From assembly GCF_006345805.1 (NCBI RefSeq), contig NC_043003.1:40486001-40550000 (forward strand): 64,000 bases of DNA, read 5' to 3'. The DNA is from Octopus sinensis (lineage: Eukaryota). The translations under genes and the position numbers were made by a program. Under the pieces are notes generated by a model. The model saw only the letters and a list, made by a program, of their open reading frames with translations, did not search any database and was not told the DNA's origin. Of the stretch, positions 40,181-54,839 are shown one piece after another (the stretch's first letter is position 1; the number at the start of each line of letters is the position of its first letter).

Positions 40181-40255
40181 GGGAGTATGGGAGTGTCAGG
40201 GCATCCTCTTTTCATATATACATATATATATATGTATATATAATATATATATATG

Positions 40256-40309
<54 letters not shown>

Positions 40310-40629
40310 ATATATTGGCCTGCTCGCTTAGCCAGCGGGGTGGCGTCATTGAAGGCTAAAACAATGCGAAGCGCATTGTGACCAGCGATGTTTGTAGCAA
40401 AATCTGATGGCCTGGTCGGTCACGTGACCACGTGATATATATTTATATATATATATATATACATATATATATAACCCCCAAACATGTTCCCCATGCTCTC
40501 TAGCACACACACGCATGCTAGCGCGTATACAGGTCATGTAGGTGAGTGTGAAGAGTGGGATGTGGATATTATGGGGGGAAGTGTGGGTGGGAGTGGGATA
40601 CATGTCAGAGAGAATAAAAGTGAAGCATA

Positions 40630-41745
40630 AAACTAGTCCCACTTTGTAGCTGTATGGCCGTAAAATTGGCGACTGCTTCGGTGAAACCACTCTCTCTGCG
40701 AAAAGCTAAACTCTCCCATCTTCTTCGTCAGTTCTTTCCCCATTCTTTTCAGTTTATGTTGTCTATCTCCGGTATATCCCTTTATTTCATCGACATCCAT
40801 GTATCCATCGGCCGGTATCCACCGGTCCGTATCCATCATCACTGCAAACCAATCATCTTCCGCTCCTACATTGACTTTTTTTCTTCGTACCCCACCCCCG
40901 ATAATCACTCCAGCCTCCATTCTCAGTTCCTTTCATTCTGGCAGCTGTAAGCACGACTTCGTAACACCGGTTCAACATATGCTTAACTGCTTCATTCGAC
41001 ACGGTTACCCCCCTCACTCTCTCATCTGTTCTTCTCTGACACTTCATTTGCCGTTGATCGCACCGAAGCCCCTAACACTCCGTATCCTGAATTTTGACCC
41101 ACTGCATCCCCTTTCCTCCTCACCTAATACTCTTCTTGCCCCACAACGCACCATATTCCATCTCTTTCACTGTCACCAATCTGATTCTGCCACCTCCTAC
41201 TTCTTCCATCTTTCAACAACTCCATACTTCAAATTTGCCCACAACCTTCACTGGTTCATCATCTAAGGCTTCTCATTCAACTCATCCCATATCCTCTCTC
41301 TACTTCCATCCTCTCTTCCATATCTTCTCTTTCCAACAACACCACATTTACTGGACCCACCTTATCTTTTTCCTTAGTACAACTTTCTTCCCTATAGCTC
41401 TAGTAGCCTAATATATGCGCTTCCACGTTCTTCAGTAATTTTATCTATATCGGAAACTGACAAGTATACGAAGCAATTTAGAGACCTATGATTTAGCAAC
41501 GAGTCACCGTCTCTCGACATTTCCACTCCGCCAACCATTCCATTCAAGGCCTTTCATTCTTCGGCGTGGCTGAAATCAACTCATGTAACTTTCTTTTCTT
41601 CATGTTCGCCCCCTCACTACCAAACGGCTCCCATGCATTCCACTATCTCCCCAAAAATCGACTTTTCAGCTTTCAGCAAACACACACACATTCAAACACG
41701 GATGTACACGCACAAACACATACGGTGACGAAAGAACTCTGACAA
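40630..41745 (+). mobile_element. Penelope-like element remnant (RT + GIY-YIG endonuclease + hammerhead remnant)
   Basis: LYFIDIHVSI..HCKP..SYIDFFSSYP..SQFL; FIRHGYP; SISET; VSRHFHSANHS; LPNG; ends in gtgacgaaagaactctg. Confidence 0.75.
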
Positions 41746-42181
41746 ACAGATGAGTGAGAATGATCGATCGAACGATTAATCAAGTAATCAATTAAATAGT
41801 TGGTTAATTGTTTAACTAGTCGACTACCATTTTAAATTAATGATAATGAAAATGGACATATATCAGTAGCGTGTTGCTCTAATATATAAACACACACACA
41901 CACACACACCACACACACACACACACACACAACACACACACACACACACGTGTGTTAGAATCATTAGCACACCAGGGAAAATGCCTTACAGCATTTCGTC
42001 CGTCTCTACATTCTCAGTTCAAATTTCACCGATCTCCACTTTGACTTACATCCTTTTGGAGTCGAGCACTGGGGTCGATGTAAACGACTTCATCTCTTCC
42101 CCGAGATTTCTGGCCTCGTGCCAAAATTTGAAATCCTCCTCCTTCGTTTCCTCGACGTCATTATTATTATTATTATTATTA

Positions 42182-42239
<58 letters not shown>

Positions 42240-42240
<1 letters not shown>

Positions 42241-42804
42241 GCATGCCATCAAAGTGACACTGGGGTAAAATATACGAAGCCCAGTATACCCATCATGACT
42301 ACCCATCACAACCATATGTGCATGACATGGTGATCTCATATCAAGATAGACTGCACATGACCTTGCAGGTGGGGCCCAGTTAGAATTTTCTTCTGGTCGA
42401 GTAGCCCATCGCGCTCAAAAGTTCCCTGGATAAGGATTGTTTAAGGATGTTGAATGAACCACCCATGTTTCCAAAGTTGAATTATCCAAGCCTCTAAAAA
42501 TCCTTCTCAACACATGGCTATGATGCTTCCCCACTACTTCTGCTTAAAACTTGAGATTACATAGAAAGTATTTTGCGTAGGATATGAGCAGTTCCCATGA
42601 GCACTATCTTTTGAATTTCTGCCATTTTGGGGTTTCCTGGTATCTGAGTTAGGTAGCAATCAGCCCTTTTTGCCATCATTCCCAAGGCACCTATGACAAC
42701 AGGTATTGTTTCAGTCTTCAGGTTCCACATTTTGCTGATTTCTATTTCCAGATCATTATATTTGCTCAGTTTCTGGTAGGTCTCGACAGATACGTTTATA
42801 TCGA

Positions 42805-42806
<2 letters not shown>
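42240..42806 (-). mobile_element. R4/Dong-like 3' fragment flanked by (TTA)n
   Basis: Minus strand KLSKYNDLEIEISKMWNLKTETIPVVIGALG..QKIVLMGTAHILRK. Confidence 0.85.
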
Positions 42807-42844
<38 letters not shown>

Positions 42845-42888
42845 TATTATTATTATTATTATTATTATTATCATCATCATTATTATTA

Positions 42889-42948
<60 letters not shown>

Positions 42949-42974
42949 CATTATTATTATTATTATACACTCAA

Positions 42975-43258
42975 CTGTGTATATGAAATATACTGCTGGA
43001 TAAGAAAAGAATCCTAACATCGAGCTACAAGTAGCCTTAGATGCCAAGATCCCACCTAAGTATCCTAGTTGTCCCTAAGAAGACTGTTTTCTGGAACTGT
43101 ACTAAACTGAGTTTCCTGTATCCAGATCTTTAGGGAGAGTTCCCAATGCACCTTAAACTACTGAGACGCATTTACCCGCACTTTCCATTGTCTCTGTAAT
43201 TCAGTAGCTATGTCCTGGTACTTAGATATTTTTTCTGTACCTCTCATATCATTATTAT
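42975..43258 (-). mobile_element. degenerate R4/Dong-like 3' fragment
   Basis: Minus strand EKISKYQDIATELQRQW. Confidence 0.6.
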
Positions 43259-43514
43259 CGTTAGCGCGCTGGACGAAATGCTTAATCGCTAATGGCAGAA
43301 TCGTTAGCGCGCAGGACGAAATGCTTAGCGGTATTTCGCCCGACGCTACGTTCTGAGTTCAAATTCCGCCGATGCCAACTTTGCCTTTCATCCATTGGGG
43401 GTCGATAAATTAAGTACCAGTGAAACACTGGGGTCGATGTGTTCGACTACTCCCCTCCTCCCCAACTTTCAGGCCTTGTGCATTTTGTAGAAAGGTTTAT
43501 TATTATTATTATTA

Positions 43515-43574
<60 letters not shown>

Positions 43575-44020
43575 CGGGATCATCAGCACGCCGGAACAAG
43601 TGCTTAACAGCATTTCGTTCATCCTAATTTTCTGAGATCAAGTTCGGTCGAGGTGTACTTTCCCTGTCATCCCTTCGGAGTTGCAAAAATAAGTACCAGT
43701 TGGGCAAGGGGGTGAGGCGGTGGGGCAATGAAATCAACTCACACCCTTCCCCGAAATTGCTGGCCTTGTGCCACAATTTGAAATCACTCTTAACGTTAGC
43801 TGCAAGGCGGTGGGCTGGCAAAATCTGTAGCACGCGTGGCAAAATTCTTCACGGCATTTCATCCATCTTTACGTTCTGAGTTCAAACTCCGCCGAGGTTG
43901 TTTTTTTGCTCTTCATCTTTTAGGGGTTACTAAAATAAGTACCAGTTGCACACTGGGGTTGATGCAACTGCCTTACCTCCTCCTCCGAAATTGCTGACTT
44001 TGTGACAGAATTGGAAACCA
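43258..44020 (+). mobile_element. cluster of SINE family B copies
   Basis: ttacgttctgagttcaaa, taagtaccagt..ctggggt motifs repeated three times around a (TTA)n tract. Confidence 0.7.
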
Positions 44021-44079
44021 ATATTAATGATAGCTGAGTTCATTGCACATTTAGTAGTCGTAGTGTTGCTATAGTAGTG

Positions 44080-44600
44080 GTATAGTGTTAGTGTTATAGT
44101 ATTAGTGTTGATAAGGTATATTGAAGTCTTAGTGATGCTAGTATATGTGGTAGTAGTATTGACTGAATGAGTGTTAACAGTGTTGATGGTGCAGTATGGG
44201 TGGTAGTAAGGATCATTGTCGTGGTTGTCGTGGTAGTGTTTACGGTAATAATGTTCCTTATAATAGTGGTAGTAATCACAATAGTACTGGCTGGTGTTGG
44301 AGGAAGTGCAAGTGGTGGGATAATGTTGCTGGTGGTAGTAGCAGCCGTGTTAATAGCGTTGGTGGTACTGATGATGATGGTACTCTTGCTCATGTTAGTG
44401 GTTATGGTAATCGTGGTACTGTTCGTAATGGGTTCATCGGTGGTGGTAACTCTGCAGTTAATAGCGGTCGGTGGGTGGGTGGTGGGCAACAACGGCGGTA
44501 GCGGCGACGATGGCTGTGGTAGCGATAACGGCGGCGGCGGCAGCGGTGGTGGTAGTAGCAGTAGCAGTAGCAGTAGTAGTAGTAGTAGTGTCAATATTTA
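44080..44600. repeat. degenerate (GTA/GTG/GGC)n low-complexity tract
   Basis: Trinucleotide decay; source of the poly-T/V/G ORFs. Confidence 0.8.
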
Positions 44601-45058
44601 TTGCTATTAATGTTGTTCCGAAAAGATATATTTCCAGCGAAGTGTGTATAAAACGTAGACAATGGGGCTCTGGAACAATCTCCAGCATTCACATTCACTC
44701 GCATGCATACTTACACACACTCACACCCACTCTCTCACACACAAACACACACACACACACAAGCATTTATCTATAAACACACATGAACATATATATATAT
44801 ATATATATTCACACATATACACACATATAATATGTATATACACGCACACGCACACGCATATACGCATATATATATATATGTGCGTGTGTGTGTGCATATC
44901 CTTGTAAATATACATACAGACATACATTAATGATCATATACGTCTATTTTCTATAATTACGTATTAACATTTTATCTTGCATGTAATTGTTCCTCTTTCT
45001 CATGTTCTCTCTGTATGTTTGTATGTGGTGTGTGTGTGTGTGTGTGTATTTATCTACA

Positions 45059-45105
<47 letters not shown>

Positions 45106-45981
45106 ATATATATATATATATATATAATATATATATATGTGTGTGTGTGTGTACACAAATGTGTACGTATATTTATGCATATATACATACACACATGTAT
45201 ATATATATATGTATATATATATACACACATATATTAACAGACACTTATATCTACACACACACACACACATATATATATATATGTAGATAGATAGACAGGA
45301 ATAGGTAGACTGGACATAGAAATTGGTTGATAGATAGATATAGACGTTTATATAATTGAATACACACACCAATGTATGAATGAATTTATACACTCACATA
45401 CGCGTATACTCACATACATTTATATAAACATATATCTTCATAAATAAAGAAATGAAGGGATATTGATGTGTGCATATGAGTATAATATTTATATTGATTT
45501 TGTCCATATGCATAAAATTTGCAGTATCTGTGTGTATGTATATATTTAATAAATACGCCATATAATAACATAAATAATCATACATACATGCATGAAAATG
45601 TGCCAACACATATATGCATACGGATTAATAAAATATATATATGCTTCCGCATATGCCTATCCCTGAAAGCTCTTCATCGTATATTTCAACTATTCCTTAT
45701 ATTCTTTTGCTCATTCCAGTCAGTGAGATGCCTTCTGGTCAGAGGTCTGTCGCCATCAATGCTGTTGCAAGCCTTTAACTTCTACTTGCTGGTGTTCCAT
45801 GGATTGAAAGAGTTTTATGTCGTTATCATCTTGCGTATCTCATGTTGTACGTTCAACATGAGATACGTTTAGCAAGGAATCTCTAGAATACTCTGGTGGG
45901 ACATTTTTTTTTTTTACAGTGTGCTTCATGTATATCGTTTAAGTCTTGAGCGGTAGATATTGTAAGTGTCTGGTCGTTGAA

Positions 45982-46212
45982 GGCGGAGAGCTGGCAGAAA
46001 CGTTAGCACGCTGGGTGAAATACTTTGCGGTATTTCGTCTGTCGTTACGTTCTGAGTTCAAATTCCGCCGAGGTCGACTTTGCCTTTCATCCTTTCGGGG
46101 TCGATAAATAAAGTACCAGTTTTACACTGGCGTCGATGTAATCGGCTTAATCCGTTTGTCTGTCCTTGTTTGTCCCCTCAATGTTTAGCCCCTTGTGGGT
46201 AGTAAAGAAATA
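45982..46212 (+). mobile_element. SINE family B
   Basis: ggcggagagctggcagaaacgttagc ... ccccttgtgggtagtaaagaaata. Confidence 0.88.
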
Positions 46213-46729
46213 TATACAAACTGTCTATATGACAAATTTTATGAAATAAAGTGTCTGGTCCTTTGAAACTGAGATTTTAAGAATATAGTTATAGAAAATG
46301 GAATAAGGTGCGTGGCATAGTGGTTAGACTATTCAACTTATGATCATAATAAAGATATATGATCATAAAGAACTGGGTATAATTCTTGCTTCGAGCAGTG
46401 AGCTGTGTCCTTGAGCAAGGTACTTTTTTTCAACTCGTTCCAGTCTAGTTGTAACTGAATACTATTGTAGTTTTCAGTGTCTTTATGTTTCCTTTACCCC
46501 CGCTACTCACTTTTTCCAGCTATTACATCCTGGATGTGCCGCTGTATTAAGAATGAGGGGGGACGATGGTGTGTCTACGTCCCCTCGTGTTTATACATGT
46601 ATCTAAAACAAATAACGATTGCATAGTACAGGTTATGAAGCCATAATTACTCGCGTGTTCCGGCTGTCGTGCATGTAGAGGATAAACATTTAGAACAACG
46701 AAGACGCAACTATTTCAAAGATTTATATA

Positions 46730-47294
46730 TTTGGTCGTCCGGAAAGTTCGTGCTGATTTTTAAAGGAAAGAAAAAGGTCAATAAAAACTTGCCATTACAT
46801 TTTTAATCAACCAAATATGAACCATTTTGTTGCACAATGCGTCTCCATCTTTGCTTTATCTTGAAAATACCCTCTTCCCAGAATTGAGGTGGTTTCATGG
46901 CAAAGATTTCATCAAGGTATCTTTTTATGTTATCTAAGGAATTGAAATTTTTACCATTAAGACTATTCTGCAGAGACCTGAATAAGTGGAAATCTGAAGG
47001 AGCAATATCTGGTGAATATAGAGGGTGGGGTAACATATCCCAGCCGAGCTGGAGCAATTCTTGTCTGGTTCCCAAAGCATCAAGTGCCGAAAATGAACTT
47101 TCTTATCTCCCATTTTAAAGGGGTACATAATTAACACAGGTTATAGGAATGTAAACCTTCTTCCACGAAAAGATAGCTTAAGATGTGCTCTAAATGGAAG
47201 TGTAGTCAAATCCTATTTTATGGACTAACCATGTTCTAAAATAAGTCGAACGTTAAGCGACTATAAATCGGCACGAACTTTCCGGACAACCCAA
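46730..47294 (-). mobile_element. internally deleted mariner
   Basis: TA-flanked TIRs (tccggaaagttcgtgc / gcacgaactttccgga); MGDKKVHFRHLML fused to HPLYSPDIAPSDFHLFRSL..RWRRIVQQNGSY. Confidence 0.92.
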
Positions 47295-50140
47295 TAAATA
47301 TCAATGTTTATAATGCTTTATACTATGTAGTTCATGTACTGCTATCATTAGACTACTGATATAAATTGTATCCATTAAATGATCACCGCTCATTTCTATA
47401 TAAACCAGCACTTGCTCAGTTCCATTCTCCGACGTCGAGTTTCCCTGGAAGTAATCATATCTTCGTTGAATGTTCTTACCACTGTAAATTCCATGGTTTA
47501 CAAGGAATAGGAAGGCTTCTTGACCTTAGTTTGTTCAGGGGATATGATCAGCGTCTTCCTTGTTTTGTACTCCATCTACCTGGGGGTCCTTGCTTCTCGG
47601 TTTTACATTATTTTACTATTTTTGAACTGTTCCTCATAGCACTCCGCCCTTCTTTTTAAAACTCACATTTCATCCTACTTTTGTAAAACGATGTGGTTTT
47701 ATCACTACTGAGCTTATAGAAATTTTGGATTCCTGGCTCTCAACCTACTTAGAGAGGTAAGAAGCAATGAGCAAAAATATGACACATCAAATCCGATGTT
47801 GATTTCTCTTACCATCTCTCTTGAAAACAGGTAGCTACCTTATTTTACCTAGCATCTGTTTCTATGAATAATTTTAATTGTTAATTAAATCATTCACATA
47901 CTCGGGGTTTTTTTATGAACAAATTTACGAGTATGGATAGCGCGTCGTTAGTGAATCGTGAGGAGAAAAGTCATTCTTGCCACAGGCACGTTGTAAATAA
48001 TATCGTGTCGGTTCACCTCTCCTAATCAATGAACCATACTATTTCTAATTTCTTTATTGCGTCATCTTTGCTAATCGTGACAGATTCTATTCATTTTTTT
48101 TCTTTTTGTGAGACCCACTTCATGTTATCAATAATTACACTAATCAGTTTGCTAATTCAATCCCCGATATTTTTCTGTATCAGGGAAGATAATTTCAGGG
48201 CCCAGTTTTTAGCTTTTTTTTCATTCGTGTCTGAATTGATTGTTGATATTAAGAATGTGTTACCTGTGGGCTTGAAATATCCTAGACAATGTATGGTGTA
48301 TCTACGTTCTGGGCGACTTACTGCAGGGTGATGTGATCGAAAAATCTAGATGTCAAATTGCAAAAGATTGATGAGCTTTTGCGAGAGACTCGCATCTACC
48401 TGCTACTTACACACAATCCCTACATAATTCTAAAATACCAATACTAATATGCAAGTTGTTTCAAGGAGAGTCACTAGACCTCTGAAGAATTCCAGGCTTG
48501 CAACTCTTGACCAAGCTTTAATCCGTGTCAAGGAAGAACGTAATTATGTCTAGGTTCATATCTTTCCGAAACATCAACGATACACTACTCAGTCCGGACT
48601 GATTGAATGAGTTGTAGATTACTAATAGTAAACGGGAAGACGCGCAAATACGTTTCAGAAACTTCGATTTCACTGACAGCTACCATATAAATTTAGTTAA
48701 CTAAAATCATTCAGCAAAAGTCCGGTTCAAAACGTATTTCTAAGGAGCCACATATTTCGTAACAGTACATCAAATTATATCGATCTTAGTTCTTGATTAA
48801 TATTTAAATTATCGATCTCAAAATTCTGAAAGGCAAAGTAAAAAAGAGAAAGTGGGGGTTCTGCTTTTTGGCACAAGACCAGCAGTTTTGAGGGAGGATG
48901 TTAGTCGATACCATTGACTCGGTTATTGGACTGTTACCTTATTTCATCAACTCCGAAAATAGGTGAAGGTAAAGGTTACCTTCTCGAGTTATGCCAACTC
49001 ATAAAGGCCAGTTTCCCGGTTTCCATGGCGTATATATACCCCGCTTGAACAGGATGCTAGTCCGTCGCAGGATTATTCGTTTGTGCCAGTTGAATGGACT
49101 GGAGTAACTTGAAATGAAGTGTTTTTCTCAAGAAAACAATGCGTCGTCCAGTCCAGAAATGGAAACCACAGTCTTACGCTCATGAATTTAGCATTCTGAC
49201 CACTAAGCCATGCGCCTCCACTCCGAAAAAAGGAATTCGACGGGAATCAAATTCAGAACATAAAGAACTGGAAGAAATACCGCAAGACATTTTTTTCAGA
49301 TGCACTAACGATCTCACCAGCTCACTGCCTTTGAGCGAGGTAAAAAAGTAGAAAACCCCACAAATTAATAAGAATGATTTTCTACATGTTCAATCTCAAA
49401 AGCCAGGCCTGCAATCCAACCTAATTTATACTTATGTATCTCTTTGTCAATAATGCTATTTAGAAATGTATTTCCCTAATCATTTTTTTAAAAGCCTAGG
49501 AGCAGCATATCATCATACAAACAATTAATTACATATTACATACATATGCGTTACTTTGTTAGGAGGTTTATGAGGTATACAATTCATTAATCTGTAGAAT
49601 AGCGGTTGTTATCACAGGCTGTGTAACCGTATTGAACCTAATATCTGGGTACAATTATTACTGTAAAAATAAAGAAACATTAATCTATTTCTATACATGG
49701 TACGACTTCAACCTGTCTCAATAATTATTTCTGTATCTGTAATATTAGGTTTGAACACAAATTACGATTAGAATATATGAAACTATAAAAGTGTGTGCGT
49801 TTATGGACCAAGCGCCTATATGAGAGAACCTCTCAAGACTAATAACTCAGTACTCAGTGTTCTAACATGGCATCCATGTTGAGGTATTAATACTGTTTCC
49901 GTCGCTAATAATTAACTTTTAAAAGCATGACGGCTATATGCGGCATCAGCCCCTGAAAAGATTCTGATATTCTATATATCGTAACAGCGAGATTTTATTG
50001 ACATGCAGTGATCGGTGTTTCACATGGATGAAGTGCAATTGACCGTGATATGGTAATTCCGGAGCCCATGGTAGACGAATATCGTCTGTTACGATCTATC
50101 TGTGCTTTTATACACCAAGCGCTTATATGAGATCTCTCAT

Positions 50141-50343
50141 AACGGACACGAACTCGGTCATATTTACATATACATACATATATACGTATTTATATACATA
50201 CATACATATATACATATCCACAAGTGATTCACACATGTATACCTATATACAACATACATAGAGAAAATTGAGACACACAGTCGAACTACCATACAGATTA
50301 ATAAATATGTTAGTGTAAATGTTTAAAGGTAGAAATAGAATGG

Positions 50344-50397
<54 letters not shown>

Positions 50398-51372
50398 CTT
50401 GTTCTAACAAGGCATCCATGTTTAGTTGGACATAATGATTATCTTGGTATTAATACTACTTCCATCGCTGATATAAATGCAATATTAGTATAAAGAAAAT
50501 TTGCCATCATTGATCAGTGCACTGAGTTCACGTCACCTTACAAACCGAAATATACGCCCCAAATATCTAGACAAATTCCGTCTTTTAAGCATATTACATT
50601 TCTTGACTACTTGGTGAAATGAACAAATAAGTAATCGCATGTATTCAGAATGGAATATAACGTAGCAGAGTGAGGGCAAAATACTTTCTAAAGGAAATGT
50701 AGAAAATGAAAATAAAATTAAAACACAAATAAAAATAACTTTACATCAAAATATTTCACTGAAAATGATGAACACTTGTATATGCCGTCTGATTCAATCA
50801 ATTTATTTCAAAGAAAATATGAAATTATAAATGAAATTATCAACACAAAATAAATGAAATTTTTTAAAAAAGATAAAAAACATGGATGAACACTTAACAT
50901 TAGTAATTTATGGTTATTCAGTATGATTTAGAAATATAACATAGAACCATACCAAAGGACAGCAAATTTCAACCTGTTTATAATGAATAATCAGTGAACC
51001 GATTGTTGGAATTATCTGAAAAATAATTTTATATCAATAAAACTCATTATATCTCTTCCACCAATTCCGACTGACGAATCAATGGAATTCTTTAATTGAC
51101 TATTTTCAAAACAAAACTAATAACAAACAAGCACTTATAAAATGATAAAGAAAAGAATGTATGTATGTATGTATGTATGTATGTATGTATGTATGTATGT
51201 ATGTATGTATGTATGTATGTATGTATGTATGTATGTATCTATCTATCTATCTATCTGTTTTATCTAGCATTCTTTTTGTTTATATCCATCCATCTATCCA
51301 GCTCTCTCTCTCTTTCTCTTTCTCTCCTCTCCCCTCTCTCTCTCTTTCAGGCTATTACTCGATACTCGGCCA

Positions 51373-51457
<85 letters not shown>

Positions 51458-51665
51458 CTTTCTATTTCTACCTTTAAACATTTACATCAACCTATTTATT
51501 AATCTGTATGGTAGTTCGACTGTGTGTCTCAATTTTCTCTGTGTATGTTGTATATAGGTATACATGTGTGAATCACGTGTGGGTATGTATATAGGTATGT
51601 ATGTATATAAATACGTATATATGTATGTATAAGTATATGTAAATATGACCGAGTTTGTGTCCGTT
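50141..51665. repeat. inverted duplication with ~210-bp arms (50141-50350 and 51451-51665)
   Basis: aacggacac..ctcggtcatatttac and cagtcgaactaccatacagattaataaat occur as reverse complements. Confidence 0.9.
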
Positions 51666-52071
51666 GTGTGTTCACCCATCTTTTTCTGGTAAATTTGTCT
51701 TCTCCTCTGTGTCACTATTTTCATGTATGCGCATATGTACGCACGTATGTATGTATGTATGTATGTATGTATGTATGTATGTATGTATGTATGTATGTAT
51801 GTATGTATGTATGTATGTATGTATGTATGTACGCCTGTATGTATGTGTGTATGTTTGCATGAATGTGTAATGTATGTATATATGTATAAATGTATGTACG
51901 TACGCATGAATGTGTAAGGTATGTATGCATGGATATATGTATGGATATCTCTATGTATATATTTATTGTTTATGTATATAAATGTATATGTATATGTATG
52001 TATGTATGTGTATACATACATATGAAATGTATGCATTCATACATATGAATGCAAATGCGTGTGATTGCGTG

Positions 52072-52119
<48 letters not shown>

Positions 52120-53005
52120 CAAACACAAACATACATACAGATGCACAAACATATACACACAAAGATTCGCACTCGCACAAACACACACACTCATACACAC
52201 AAACACGTACACACACAAATGCACACACATACATACAAATATACACACACACATACACACACGAAAATGTGCGGGAGTACGTAAGCAGTGAAGCTAAACA
52301 ACTACAGTTTTTTTTGTTTTCTTCTTATGTTCAGCCGTTCATAATAACAACAAATATATCTTAGCCATTTTCCCCCATTATTTTCAATAGTTTCTCAAGA
52401 GATTTCCTCCTTAATTCACTCACTACGTACCTCTACTGCCTCAATCTTAAAAAAAAAAATTAACAATTTTATTTCCATAACAACAACAACAACGTTAACA
52501 ACGATTAATACATAAAGATCGAGACTAAGACATATAAAAGCGAAACAGCCAAACACATAGAAAAACATAAAGACTTGAAACTAGAAAGAAACAAAAATCA
52601 CAAAAGAAAATGAATTAAAATATTATAAAAAAGGAAAAACACTTAACAAATCTAACTTTTGACACAAAAGATTTCCTGACCTCCATTTTATATTATAAAC
52701 TATGAAAATTAGGTCTATAATAGAGGTTGGGTTTTGGTCATATCAAAGTAGTGTTGGTGGTAGTGATGATGTTGATGGTGGTGTTGGCGATAGTGTTGGT
52801 GATGATGGTTGTGGTGGTGGCGATGATGATGATGACGATGACACGAAGAAGTGTATTTTGAGTTCTACAAATTTAAAATGTAGCTGTAAAGACAATATAT
52901 TCTAAATACAAAGGATAAACTCCATAAATCTAAGACACATTTCATGCACAAATATATACAAAAAGGAACATGGCAAGACAAATGCATATACCCACACACT
53001 CGAAA

Positions 53006-53064
<59 letters not shown>

Positions 53065-53281
53065 ACACACTACACACACACACACACACACAGACTTACA
53101 AAACGCAAAAACAAATATTAAATTAAATATCGATTGTTTACAGAAGCATATGAAAGTGTATATGCATGTATGTATATATGTAGTATGTGTGTATGTATTT
53201 ACGTATGTATGTATATAATATACATACATACTTATATATATATATATTTATATATATATATATACACACATACATATATAT

Positions 53282-53349
<68 letters not shown>

Positions 53350-54839
53350 TGTATGTGCGTATGTTTGTAGGTGTGCTTGTATGGGTATATTTCTACATAC
53401 TTTATTCTTTTACTCATTTATTGGTTCCAGTCATTGAACTGCGGCCATCTTAGGGCACATATCGGAGCCCTAACAGTTCAGTGATTGGATCCTATAGACT
53501 CTATCCAATTCTTTTTTCAGTCGACTACTTAATATACTCAGAAGCGTTTATCTTTATATATCTGTTATCTTTTACTTGTTACAATCACTTGACTGCAGTC
53601 ATACTACGGCACCGCCTTGAAGGGTTTTAGCTTAACAAGTTGACCCTAGGACTTTGTTTTTCAGCCTGATATTTATTCAATCGGACACTATATATATATA
53701 TATTACAATCCATGAGCCCTAGGGTAACATTCAAGCCTGCCTGTAAAAAACATTTTAGTGTTCTACAGTTCTGGGCCGTACATGTGAGACATTCTTGTTG
53801 GAGATTTTCTTTGAGTTATACTTGTACTCGTCACTAAAAATCCTATCGCAACAGGGCTTCAAAATTATTACACCATGGGTGGAAATCGCACGAGGAATGC
53901 CAAAATGGTACGTATGTTTGATGATTTCTTATAGCTTATTGAGCTTGCATAGCTCGTTATCCATTTTGAAAGTAAAGCATAGAGTCACTAGTAGCACAAA
54001 TGTATAAAACTTGTGGGCCACATCAAACTCTCAGATTTTATATCAGAGAAGTCCATCCGAAAACAAGAGACTCATAGGAGAGCAAGGGTTTGTATTAAGA
54101 GTTTTTAATTTATAGGTGAGTGGCGCTCCCTCTTCACTAAATAACCTCATCCAACTCCTCTCACTCTTAACCTGATGTACTGTCAACTACGAGAATTCAA
54201 CCACTCCCCCATGCTGTTTCACGGAGCGCTCGTTCGGAATCTCGACTAGTTGTATATCCTGGTTTATTATTGCTTGAAAGTATTTGCCCCTCTGCTGGAT
54301 AACCCCGTCTTTTTTTTTTTTTTTTCATGTCCGGGTGGGTTTCTCCCAATCCACATCACCAGGCTGACCAAATGAAGTACTACTATAGACGTCGATGGCC
54401 TTCTGATTTAATACGTTACCAGCAACATTCTAAACAACCCGATATATATTTCTCACATACGCACACACTAACACACGCACACACATACTTGCACATACGC
54501 GTACACATATGCATACACATACATGTATAAGTGGATATGCTGCTGGACATTCAGTTTCAAATAGCGTAATTCAAATTAAAATCGATCATATAGTCTATTT
54601 CAATTACATTATGTAATTCAATTAGTATTTCTCCTTTTAAATTCATTTGACTACTTCTTTCTCTGTGTCCTTCTCTCTGTTTATATGATATATGTTTATA
54701 TGAATGTGTGTGTATGTATATATACACATGTACACACATACTCATACACACATACTCTCTCTCACACACACGCTCAGACACACACACATACATTTATATC
54801 TATTATCAGTGAAGAGCTTGAGGAAATTTCTTTGAGAGC

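Noticed and set aside
47400-47660. Possible decayed LINE or exon
   Set aside because: No motif was strong enough to assign a family, and no frame is open between splice signals.
53769-53907. Candidate 139-bp exon (ttctacag| ... atg|gtacgt) with one open frame
   Set aside because: The peptide LGRTCETFLLEIFF..GMPK is not recognisable and no partner exons were found; RNA-seq junction reads would be needed.
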